20,000 nt of DNA from an uncultured virus (IMG/VR IMGVR_UViG_3300029705_000096) (IMGVR_UViG_3300029705_000096), one strand, 5' to 3'; numbered from the stretch's first letter, positions 1 to 8,032 are shown. Numbers and translations: made by a program. Notes: a model not told the origin generated them from the letters alone.

Positions 1-1
1 C

Positions 2-157
2 GATGCTTTCTCAGGCATCAACTACATCGACATTACATTGACAGCAACCTCGAACAAAGAAAAACCGAGCGTGTACACAGCTCGAAGCCAAGCAATTACA
101 GCTAGACAGAGAGCCTTCACCAGCGAAGACATGATAACGGTGGATTTCTATGAGTAA
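2..157 (+). CDS. C-terminal fragment of a probable baseplate J-like (wedge) protein, 5'-truncated by the window
   Basis: Open frame from the window edge (DAFSGINYIDITL...ITARQRAFTSEDMITVDFYE*), TAA at 155-157 overlapping the next ATG at 150. The product call rests on position directly upstream of a DUF2612-like gene. Confidence 0.55.
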   Translation, partial: DAFSGINYIDITLTATSNKEKPSVYTARSQAITARQRAFTSEDMITVDFYE

Positions 158-812
158 TAGATATGTTGTAAATCTCCAAAGTGATCTGCTTGAGCAATTT
201 CGAGGAAAGCCGAATATCGAGGCTCTTGTTGAGGTAATTGGCGTTGAACTCCAAGAAGTGTATGATTTTTTCTCTCAACTCCTGATCGAGCGAGACATCA
301 AGGTCGCAGTCGGAAAACAGCTGGACGGAATAGGCAGCATTGCAGACATGACCCGCAGCGAGGCGATTGCTCTTGCAAGAGACGCCAATTACCCCTATAC
401 CGATGAAGATGAGATGTATCGAGTATTCCTACTCTACAAAATCTTCGTCAACACGGCAAAGGGGACATATGCCGATGTTCTAAGATCCATCCACATGTTA
501 TGGGAAGGAACACTGACATATGAGGAGGATGCAACAGTTCCTGCGACCATTATCCTGAATTTTGAGCGGTTTAATGGGCTTGATATTCAGAGACTTCTAA
601 AGGTGCCCATTGTCAAACCTGCAGGCGTTAGAATTCTTTTCCGAGCCACTGGTCGAAAGGATCATTCTTTCTATACTGCAGGAACAATCACACATAGCAA
701 AAGAATAACCTACACCCAAGAAGAATACGACTTCTCTATCCCTGACATCCTCGTAGACGAAGACCAAAACCTTCTTCTTGATGAAAATGGTAATATCCTA
801 ACCGAAGGCTGA
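150..812 (+). CDS. DUF2612-like phage baseplate protein
   Basis: Motifs 'LLEQFRGKPNIEAL', 'AVGKQLDGIGSI', 'DEMYRVFLLYKIFVNTAKGT' and 'KPAGVRI' are typical of DUF2612/gpI-like baseplate proteins; lies between a baseplate J-like gene and the tail fibre. Confidence 0.75.
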   Translation: MSNRYVVNLQSDLLEQFRGKPNIEALVEVIGVELQEVYDFFSQLLIERDIKVAVGKQLDGIGSIADMTRSEAIALARDANYPYTDEDEMYRVFLLYKIFVNTAKGTYADVLRSIHMLWEGTLTYEEDATVPATIILNFERFNGLDIQRLLKVPIVKPAGVRILFRATGRKDHSFYTAGTITHSKRITYTQEEYDFSIPDILVDEDQNLLLDENGNILTEG

Positions 813-829
813 CAGGGAGGTAATGAAAT

Positions 830-1891
830 ATGTCCATATTCGTTGAAACTACCGACAGTGGCATCGGCTTGATGGTTCAGGCCCTGTTTGGAGACGCCAC
901 TATAGAGTTTACAAGGTTTGAATTCGGGAATGGGGACGTCCCCTCTGAACCCGAAAAGATGACCGAACTGGGCAACAAAATCTTTGAAAGCCCCGTTGTT
1001 GGTGAAATTGTTAAAGGCGAAAACTATGTCGATGTAGCAACGAAATTCGACAACAGAAATGTATCGCACGATTTCACTCTCACGGAAATTGGAGTATTTG
1101 CTATCGATGTGGGCACTCAGGAAGAGGTGATGTTTGCTTACATTCATCTCGGCGACCAAGGCGAACCTGTTCTTAGCACTGCGGCAAATAAACTGGTTGA
1201 GAATGAGATTGTCGTTCGTATCATTATCGACAAAGCCATAAACGTTACTGCTTCGGTTGCATCCACCATGTATGCATATCAAAAGGACTTTGATGACCAC
1301 TTGAAAGACTACGACAATCCGCACAAGGTCACAAAAGCACAAATTGGGCTTGGTGAAGTTCCGAATACGCATCCCAAAGACACAGAGATTAAATTTACAG
1401 AAGCACAGGAAATCGGAAATATAATGTCAGGAGATACGATCGGAACTGTCTTCGGAAAAATTGCGGCTGCAATCAGAGCTTTGATTGCCCACATCGCAAA
1501 CAAAAACAACCCGCATCAGATTACGCCCATGTCTATTGGTGCTGCTGGAGAAGGACACTCACACGCAACTTCCGACATTAAAACCGGCGTGCTTACTGTT
1601 TTGAGAGGTGGCACAGGGAAGAACAACTGGATAGCCAACAGAATTCTTTTCGCTGCTGCAAGCGATGAACTCGGCCAAATCAAGAATCCTGACAAAAAGT
1701 CTTTCCTCGTCCAAGGATCTAGTGGAGCACCATATTTTGAAGCCATTTCCGAGTTCGCCTTTTTCTCTACAGGAAAAGAAGCCCCTGATAGTACGAATAT
1801 CTTGTGGATTGATACAACTCCTACTACCGGCGGACTTAAATACCACAACGGGACAGAATGGACACATGTGCCTGTTGCATATGTGCAGTAA
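830..1891 (+). CDS. Phage tail fibre / tail-collar protein (short, 353 aa)
   Basis: The N-terminus ('TTDSGIGL...FTRFEFGNG...FTLTEIGVFA...MFAY') resembles the baseplate-anchoring tail-collar domain. Two 'HxxxxxNPHxVT' fibre motifs (HLKDYDNPHKVTKAQIGLG, HIANKNNPHQIT), a His-x-His motif (GHSH) and 'VLRGGTG'. RBS GGGAGGT upstream. Confidence 0.8.
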   Translation: MSIFVETTDSGIGLMVQALFGDATIEFTRFEFGNGDVPSEPEKMTELGNKIFESPVVGEIVKGENYVDVATKFDNRNVSHDFTLTEIGVFAIDVGTQEEVMFAYIHLGDQGEPVLSTAANKLVENEIVVRIIIDKAINVTASVASTMYAYQKDFDDHLKDYDNPHKVTKAQIGLGEVPNTHPKDTEIKFTEAQEIGNIMSGDTIGTVFGKIAAAIRALIAHIANKNNPHQITPMSIGAAGEGHSHATSDIKTGVLTVLRGGTGKNNWIANRILFAAASDELGQIKNPDKKSFLVQGSSGAPYFEAISEFAFFSTGKEAPDSTNILWIDTTPTTGGLKYHNGTEWTHVPVAYVQ

Positions 1892-1900
1892 GGAGAGAAT

Positions 1901-2230
1901 ATGAAAACGCTTGTATTTGATATTCCGTATGATCTTTCCAGTTTGATAGAAATGCTCGATTATGAAACGGGAGCATTGAGAGAACTCCTTGCGTATGCAG
2001 CCTCCAAAGGGTTAGAGAACACTACTGCATATCAAAAGTGGGAACAGGACTACCACGCCACCTACAAAGAATTCCAGATTGCAAAACAAACTCTGCAGAA
2101 TGATTATCTGCCCCGTGTCGTCGAAGGAACCGTTTTGAACTGGGAGCTGACTTACTCAACCAACTCGATCGAAGTACAAGTCTGTCAATGCGAGGGGGAG
2201 CAGAATGAAGAAGCACGAGTCGTTCTCTGA
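1901..2230 (+). CDS. Small accessory protein resembling the 'CXXX repeat peptide modification system protein' (TIGR04116-like)
   Basis: 109 aa, helical-looking body ending in 'NWELTYSTNSIEV', which recalls the W-x-I-D-F-x-T-x-E-I end of that family. RBS AAGGAG; overlaps the rSAM start by 26 nt. Confidence 0.6.
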   Translation: MKTLVFDIPYDLSSLIEMLDYETGALRELLAYAASKGLENTTAYQKWEQDYHATYKEFQIAKQTLQNDYLPRVVEGTVLNWELTYSTNSIEVQVCQCEGEQNEEARVVL

Positions 2231-3524
2231 TAAGCTTGGACGGATTTATCACCCGATTGATGCCGATGATACCTTCAAGGTAAACGATTGGAGAGCAAAA
2301 ACAATCACATTTCAGATCACAGAGGAATGCAACCTGAATTGCTCCTATTGTTATCAGGGAGCGAAATCTCGAAACAGAATGAGTTTTGAGACAGCCAAAG
2401 AAATTGTAGACACCCTTTTGGCTGCAGACAGCAGGACGAATCAATATATCACATCGGACAAAATCAGCGGTGTTATCTTGGATTTCATAGGTGGAGAGCC
2501 ACTGCTCGAAGTAGATTTGATCGATCAAATCATGGACTATTTTCTGGAACAGGCGTTTTTGCTCAATCACCCTCTGGCGACCAGATATATGATCTGTATA
2601 TCTTCGAATGGCACCTTGTATTTCACAGAAAGCGTACAGAGATTTCTGGAAAAATGGGAAGGTCGAATCTCTTTTTCTGTTAGCGTTGATGGGAACAAGG
2701 AACTCCATGATTCCTGCAGAGTCTTTCCTGATGGGACTGGAAGTTATGACCTTGCAATTGCTGCAGCCAAAGACTACATGAACAAACATGGCTTCATAGG
2801 AAGTAAAATGACGATAGCTCCCGGAAATGTCATGCATGTAAGAAGTGCTGTAAACAGCCTGCTTCAGGAAGGGTATGACGAGATTTATCTGAACTGCGTT
2901 TTCGAAGAAGGGTGGGAGCTTTCTCATGCCCAAATTCTGTACAGACAGCTCAGAGGACTGGCTGACGATTTGTTGGCTATGGAAAATCAACCCTATCTGT
3001 CCATATTTGACGAACACATCGGACACCCCATGAAGGAATCAGATAACCAAAACTGGTGCGGTGGGTGCGGAAGCATGCTTGCGGTCAATTGGAAAGGAGA
3101 ATTCTTTCCTTGCCTCAGATACATGGGATCTAGCCTGAACGGAGCACAAGAGCCGTTCATAATCGGAGACCTTGAGAATGGGATTATGAATTTGCAGGAA
3201 CACCGCGACAGGGTACAGGAACTCTCTGTCATCGACCGGAAGTCTCAAAGCACAGAGGAGTGCTGGAGCTGCCCCATCGCATCTGGATGTGCATGGTGTT
3301 CGGCATATAACTATCAGGTATATGGAACACCGAATAAAAGAGCGACCTTTATTTGCAAAATGCACCAGGCTAGAGTCTTAGCAAACGCATACTACTGGAA
3401 CCTGATATACAAAAAAGAAAACATAGGAACACGGTACTTGTTAGATATTCCTGCTGATTGGGCTGTCGAAATAGTTGGCGAGAACGAATACGCTATGCTC
3501 AAATCTTTGGCGGAGGAGGTGTAG
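2205..3524 (+). CDS. Radical SAM/SPASM peptide maturase, CXXX-repeat target family (TIGR04115-like)
   Basis: CxxxCxxC motif ECNLNCSYC (C42/C46/C49, nt 2328-2351), 'DFIGGEPLL' and 'SVSVDG...HDSCR'. SPASM cysteines 'NWCGGCG...FPCLRY...ECWSCPIASGCAWCSAYNY...ATFICKMH'. Adjacent to a Cys-every-fourth-residue protein. Confidence 0.92.
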   Translation: MKKHESFSDKLGRIYHPIDADDTFKVNDWRAKTITFQITEECNLNCSYCYQGAKSRNRMSFETAKEIVDTLLAADSRTNQYITSDKISGVILDFIGGEPLLEVDLIDQIMDYFLEQAFLLNHPLATRYMICISSNGTLYFTESVQRFLEKWEGRISFSVSVDGNKELHDSCRVFPDGTGSYDLAIAAAKDYMNKHGFIGSKMTIAPGNVMHVRSAVNSLLQEGYDEIYLNCVFEEGWELSHAQILYRQLRGLADDLLAMENQPYLSIFDEHIGHPMKESDNQNWCGGCGSMLAVNWKGEFFPCLRYMGSSLNGAQEPFIIGDLENGIMNLQEHRDRVQELSVIDRKSQSTEECWSCPIASGCAWCSAYNYQVYGTPNKRATFICKMHQARVLANAYYWNLIYKKENIGTRYLLDIPADWAVEIVGENEYAMLKSLAEEV

Positions 3525-3527
3525 TAG

Positions 3528-4199
3528 GTGGCATATATCGACCATGAAAGATTTCTTGATCTCAAAAAGCGAGTACGAGAAGAATGCCTCAAAAGGTGCT
3601 ACACTGGATCGGTGCTGATGTATGGAAGTCAAGACTTTGACTTTGAAAACCAACCTGCGGAAGGAAATCTGATTCTTGGGGAGCATTATGAGAAAATTGC
3701 AACCCCCCTCGCTGCGATCAATTCTGACCTAGTTCCAGATTTAGATCCCAAACGAATTGTCTCCGAAGAAGAACTCGCTATGTTGGAGGCGGCAGTAACT
3801 ACATTTGAGGCAGAGTCGAAAGCAAGGACAACTCCGGGTGAATGCAAATCGTCCTGCACCGGAACCTGTTATACAGAATGCTCCGCATCATGTACCGGAA
3901 GTTGTGGTGGAAACTGTTCCGGTGGTTGTCTTACAAGCTGCAATGGGTGCGACGGATGTAGTGGCAGCTGCACCAACGTATGTTCTGGATGCACAAGTAC
4001 ATGCAAAACGCACTGTACTGGAGGATGCAGCGGTTCCTGCAAGGAGACCTGCACTGTTTCTTGTGGATTTAGGGGTTGCTCCGGAAGCTGTAGAAATCAT
4101 TGCTACAATGGTTGCGTTTCTTCTTGCGGTGGAGGCTGCTCAACTTGTGGCAGCAACTGTTCGGGCGTTAGTCTAGTAGGAACGCAAAGCAGTCATTAA
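3528..4199 (+). CDS. Cys-rich CXXX-repeat modification target (precursor) with a ~105-aa N-terminal domain
   Basis: GTG start 3 nt after the rSAM stop, GGAGGAGG RBS. Residues 106-211 hold 28 Cys (22 CxxxC, 4 CxxC, 1 CxxxxC intervals) in a Gly/Ser/Thr-rich background. Confidence 0.88.
   Translation: MAYIDHERFLDLKKRVREECLKRCYTGSVLMYGSQDFDFENQPAEGNLILGEHYEKIATPLAAINSDLVPDLDPKRIVSEEELAMLEAAVTTFEAESKARTTPGECKSSCTGTCYTECSASCTGSCGGNCSGGCLTSCNGCDGCSGSCTNVCSGCTSTCKTHCTGGCSGSCKETCTVSCGFRGCSGSCRNHCYNGCVSSCGGGCSTCGSNCSGVSLVGTQSSH
3843..4160 (+). repeat. Degenerate 12-nt/4-aa Cys-Xaa-Xaa-Xaa periodic repeat
   Basis: TGY codons recur mostly every 12 nt from 3843 to 4158; translation CKSS CTGT CYTE CSAS CTGS CGGN CSGG... 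Confidence 0.9.
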
Positions 4200-4210
4200 G
4201 AGGTGACAAC

Positions 4211-4759
4211 ATGAATATTGCATCAAAGTTTGATATAGCTGCCTTGAACCTTTTCGTGGCAGCAAGTGAGGGAACTGTTTCTACGGAACATAGAATGGAA
4301 ATTTTCGAAAGCGTTGCTGGCGATCTTGACCTTATGGTCGAGGCCCTTAATGCGTTGATCGTCGGACACAATGCTAGAGTGTACTCTGGAACGCTTTCTG
4401 CGGAGAAGGCTTTTAAGTCCATTAAAGCAGAATACAAAGCAATTGGTTTTGGAGAAATTGTTCCTTTCGATTGCATGGAAGGTCCTCTTGAGATGCTTTA
4501 TTATAGAAAAAGCTCAGATGAAATAGATATGGACCACATGTTCGAGATCATCCAGAAGATGTTCCAAAAAAATGAAACCTGTCCCAACGAGAGAATTAAG
4601 TGTGGCGTATATCAGCTTGCGCTGAGAACAATTACGCACTACAACCTCGTAGCAAAGGACATAAGTTTCTCCAGACAAGTCATCGATAAAGTAAATTCCT
4701 ACACACAGGAACAAAAAGATTCCGCTCTTTTGCCCCCTGCCATTGTGACAGAACTGTAG
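4211..4759 (+). CDS. Hypothetical protein (182 aa), possible fourth component of the rSAM cassette
   Basis: RBS AAGAGGTG and ATG 11 nt after the precursor stop. Helical-looking, no recognised motif, and lacks the Gly/Thr-rich composition of the flanking tail proteins. Confidence 0.7.
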   Translation: MNIASKFDIAALNLFVAASEGTVSTEHRMEIFESVAGDLDLMVEALNALIVGHNARVYSGTLSAEKAFKSIKAEYKAIGFGEIVPFDCMEGPLEMLYYRKSSDEIDMDHMFEIIQKMFQKNETCPNERIKCGVYQLALRTITHYNLVAKDISFSRQVIDKVNSYTQEQKDSALLPPAIVTEL

Positions 4760-4769
4760 GAGGTATTCT

Positions 4770-5093
4770 ATGGCTATTGAAAAAATCACAGATAAGCCGG
4801 TGGCTGCATCGGCTGAATTGGCAGATCATATTTTGATCGTCATAGACGGAAAGCTCCGAAGGGCTACTGTTGAAACACTGGCGGATATTTTGGTGGAAGG
4901 GCATATAGTCAAAATCAACGCTGATGTTACTTCTGCCGTCAATGAAGCGACAGAGCTTGCTGATAGAATTAGAACATCGCTGGATAACGGGGAATTCAAC
5001 GGAACGCCCGGTGCTGCAGGAATTTATATCGGCAAGGACGAACCGACAGATCCTCACCATCCCGTATGGCTGTACTATGATCCCGAAGCATGA
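4770..5093 (+). CDS. Small tail-associated hypothetical protein
   Basis: RBS GGAGGT. 'KITDKPVA...DHILIVIDGKLRRATV' N-terminus, 'GEFNGTPGAAG' collagen-like remnant and 'IGKDEPTD...VWL' are motifs seen in fibre-associated proteins. Confidence 0.6.
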   Translation: MAIEKITDKPVAASAELADHILIVIDGKLRRATVETLADILVEGHIVKINADVTSAVNEATELADRIRTSLDNGEFNGTPGAAGIYIGKDEPTDPHHPVWLYYDPEA

Positions 5094-5134
5094 TTTGCAA
5101 GGATTAGAGAATCCCAAATAAAGGAGTACGGAAC

Positions 5135-6094
5135 ATGGATAAACAGTATGCGAGAAAAAGATCTCCCGTTACAATCGGAAGGCATGGCGAAAACAAAGCA
5201 AGGCAGATTCTGTTCGATATCTCGCGCTGGAAAAAGCTCTACGGGTCTGGAACCGTAGCTCTTTTGCACAGGAGATGTGGAGACATCGAAGCATATCCTT
5301 GTCTCATCGAAATTGACGGAAACTTTGTTGTCTGGACGATCATGGAATCTGACCTTGCCAAAGTTGGACAAGGTCAATGCGAACTCCAGTATCTTAAAGG
5401 CGAAACGGTCGTCAAATCTGAGGTCTGGGTCACAAAAGTAAATAAATCCCTCACACACTGCGGAAACAGCTGCGATAACCCCCAAGACAGCTGGGTGACA
5501 AAAGTATTGCAGGCAGGTGCAGCTGTCCTTGAGGCGCAAATGCACCCTCCGATGATTGGAGACAACGGGAACTGGTTGGTTTGGTCATCCGAGGAAAGCG
5601 CATACAAGGACACAGGAATTTCTGCCGGCGGATACAACGATGCAGATAAACTGGATGTAGATCAAGGCGTAGAAAATTTCGGGAAAGCCATGGTGGTCGG
5701 ACCAGACGGGCGATTGGTTCCGGCTTATGTGTCTCCCGTCATTTCTGAAGAGCCTCCGGACGATCTTAATGTCGGGGCATACATCGACCCGAGAGAGGAT
5801 TATGAGGAAGAAGAAGGTGTCCCTGTCGCTTCTGGTGGAAGCGTCAGATACGACAACCCTCAAAATCTATCCGAAGATCAGAAAAGACAAGCCAGAGAGA
5901 ATATCGGAGCTTTTGCCTCAAGCCAAGGCGAAGAAAACGCCGAAAAACTCCTGTTTGTAGACAAGAACGGCATTGTCTCTGTACTAGCCATTGGAGCAGG
6001 GCTTGCGATAGTAGGAGGAAAGCTTACTCTTGCAACGCTCGCTACAACAACAGCCATACTGGGCACAGCGAAGCTCGGAGAAATGATCCTTTAG
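5135..6094 (+). CDS. BppU-like baseplate/fibre adaptor protein
   Basis: RBS AAGGAG. The N-terminus 'IGRHGENKARQILFD...W...LVWTI..SDL...GQGQCEL' resembles the BppU N-terminal domain; also 'PMIGDNGNWLVW...YKDTGISA' and 'QNLSEDQKRQARENIGA'. Confidence 0.6.
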   Translation: MDKQYARKRSPVTIGRHGENKARQILFDISRWKKLYGSGTVALLHRRCGDIEAYPCLIEIDGNFVVWTIMESDLAKVGQGQCELQYLKGETVVKSEVWVTKVNKSLTHCGNSCDNPQDSWVTKVLQAGAAVLEAQMHPPMIGDNGNWLVWSSEESAYKDTGISAGGYNDADKLDVDQGVENFGKAMVVGPDGRLVPAYVSPVISEEPPDDLNVGAYIDPREDYEEEEGVPVASGGSVRYDNPQNLSEDQKRQARENIGAFASSQGEENAEKLLFVDKNGIVSVLAIGAGLAIVGGKLTLATLATTTAILGTAKLGEMIL

Positions 6095-6108
6095 GAAGGA
6101 GGATTTAC

Positions 6109-6609
6109 ATGAGCTACAAAAAACATATTTTTGCAGACGGGCATATACTAAAAGCCGAACATCTCAATGCCATGGAAGATCAGATCGCCCAGAACGAATC
6201 CAACAATGGCAACTTGGCTGACCTTTCCACAGACTCCAAATCATCCACTGTTTCGGCGATCAATGAACTTAATTCAAAAAAGGCAAATGCACCAACCAAG
6301 GCAGCGGTTGGACAGATACTTGTCGTAAAATCGGTCGACTCAGAAGGACATCCAACAGAGTTTGAGACTATCGCACTTCCTCAATGTGATTTTGGAGAAG
6401 AAGCAAAGATACTGTTGGTGGATATTCTTGGAAGCGCAAAATTTGAATCAGACCAAACATCCAACATTTCTGCTCTGGCAGAGGCGTTGGGTGTTGTTTT
6501 TTCACCTGAGCTTCCTGAAGAAAATGGCGTAGAAAAGGTCGACGAGACGCTGGTTATCACTGACAATGTCGACGCAGTACAAGATGGAAACACACTGGTA
6601 ATATCTTGA
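6109..6609 (+). CDS. Tail-associated structural protein (hypothetical)
   Basis: RBS AGGAGG. Motifs 'F.DG..LKAEHLNAME', 'GNLADLST.SK...VSAINEL' and 'VGQILVVKSVD.EG.PTEFE'. Confidence 0.6.
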   Translation: MSYKKHIFADGHILKAEHLNAMEDQIAQNESNNGNLADLSTDSKSSTVSAINELNSKKANAPTKAAVGQILVVKSVDSEGHPTEFETIALPQCDFGEEAKILLVDILGSAKFESDQTSNISALAEALGVVFSPELPEENGVEKVDETLVITDNVDAVQDGNTLVIS

Positions 6610-6622
6610 GAGGAGTGAATTT

Positions 6623-8032
6623 ATGAGCAAAGACGTATTGATCGGCGAACAGACGTATTCAGGAATAACAGACGTGCAGCTTAAAACCACAACTGGTCAA
6701 GCCGCCACGTTCAAAGATGTTGACGAGATCGTCACACCGAGCGGTGAAAAGGAAATCACAGCAAACGGCACATACGATATCACGGGATATGCCAGCGTGG
6801 TCGTAAATATTCCGACGGAGGGTGAAGCAATGACGATTAACACAGAAGCAAGCACAACATTTGAACTTGCAAATGGCACCGAATTCAGACGGGGAGAGGT
6901 AGCGGAACTTGTTCTTACAATCCCCGAGGAACTCCCCACAGCTTTTAGCTGTCAAGTTGCATTTACAAGTGGTGAAAACGCAACTAGCATTACAATGCCC
7001 ACAGATGTCGTAATGCAAGGCGAATCTGTGTCCAATGGAGTTTTCACACCCAAGGCCCATTATCGATATGGTCTCATGTTCTGGTACGACGGCGAAATCG
7101 TGTGGTGTGTCATTTGTGCCGCAGCTCTGGAAGGAGCAGAAGACAATCCTGACGAAGGCGGCAGCGGAGATAATACCGGAGATGACACCGGCGATACTGG
7201 AAATACCGGAGGTTCTGGATCTGGCGGCGAAGATGATAACACCGAGATGACTGGTAGCGGAACGGAGTCTGATCCGTACATGATTGCAACTGCAGCACAG
7301 TTCGTTGCACTTGGAGAAGAAGTTGATGCCGGCGATACGAAGAGTGGAGTTTATTACGCCGTTGCAAACGACCTCGATTTGGATGGCATCGAATGGAACC
7401 CCATTGGCGCAAACTATAAGAATACCAACAGTGACACCGACAATAGCGGTAGCTTTGCCGGTACGATTGATGGTCGTGGTCACGTCATCCGCAATATCAG
7501 CATAAACGGCATGCAGTATGCAGGTCTGTTTGGCTCGAACTTTGCCGGTACAGTAATGAACCTTGGACTTGAAGGTGGCTCCATCAGCACGACTTATGCA
7601 AGTTCCACTTGCGGTGCCATTGCACGCAAGGGTTCCGGCAAGATCGTAAATTGCTACGCACGAGTTCCCGGTCAAGCTGTTACTCGTTCGTCCGGTATCA
7701 TTGATGAGATCGAAGCTGGCGGCATGGTCCTTGGCTGTTACCAAGCTGCAGCTATCAACAACGGAAATGGCTATGCGATCAAGTCTGCTACTACAACAAC
7801 CGGAACAATTAAGTATTGCCTGTGGGATAGCACATTGACAGAAAAGGGTATTGCCGGGACTTCTTCTTCTGATTCCAACAATAACGGTATTACAACCGCA
7901 GAGTTTGCAACAGCTCATACAACCCTCAATAATAATCTTTCCGCTGTTGCTGCTGCGGCCGGAATCGATGTTGCCAAGCTGTGTGCTTGGGAGGCTGGTT
8001 CTGACGGTTATCCCAGACTGGTGGTGGCGTGA
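6623..8032 (+). CDS. Tail-associated protein with a C-terminal GLUG-type/beta-helical adhesin-like domain
   Basis: RBS GAGGAG. N-terminal 'PSGEKEITANGTYD...YASVVVNIP', an acidic Gly/Asp/Thr linker, then 'GSGTESDPYMIATAAQF...DLDL.GIEWNPIG...FAGTIDGRGHVIRN...YAGLFG', typical of GLUG-associated surface domains. Confidence 0.65.
   Translation: MSKDVLIGEQTYSGITDVQLKTTTGQAATFKDVDEIVTPSGEKEITANGTYDITGYASVVVNIPTEGEAMTINTEASTTFELANGTEFRRGEVAELVLTIPEELPTAFSCQVAFTSGENATSITMPTDVVMQGESVSNGVFTPKAHYRYGLMFWYDGEIVWCVICAAALEGAEDNPDEGGSGDNTGDDTGDTGNTGGSGSGGEDDNTEMTGSGTESDPYMIATAAQFVALGEEVDAGDTKSGVYYAVANDLDLDGIEWNPIGANYKNTNSDTDNSGSFAGTIDGRGHVIRNISINGMQYAGLFGSNFAGTVMNLGLEGGSISTTYASSTCGAIARKGSGKIVNCYARVPGQAVTRSSGIIDEIEAGGMVLGCYQAAAINNGNGYAIKSATTTTGTIKYCLWDSTLTEKGIAGTSSSDSNNNGITTAEFATAHTTLNNNLSAVAAAAGIDVAKLCAWEAGSDGYPRLVVA

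Noticed and set aside
2022..3026. 334-aa minus-strand ORF over the rSAM gene
   Set aside because: Overlaps a clearly genuine + strand enzyme gene; no recognisable features.
3805..4176. Alternative-frame and antisense ORFs over the Cys-rich core
   Set aside because: Expected by-product of low-complexity Cys/Gly/Ser/Thr codons lacking stops; no slippery site seen.
5093..5119. Small AT-rich hairpin (ATTTG-caa-GGATT-agag-AATCC-CAAAT)
   Set aside because: Weak, bulged and lacking a U-tract; not enough to call a terminator or regulatory element.
6659..7918. 419-aa minus-strand ORF rich in Cys
   Set aside because: Antisense shadow of 6623..8032. Its Cys codons mirror ACA/GCA (Thr/Ala) codons; there is no periodicity or recognisable domain, so it is not a second precursor.
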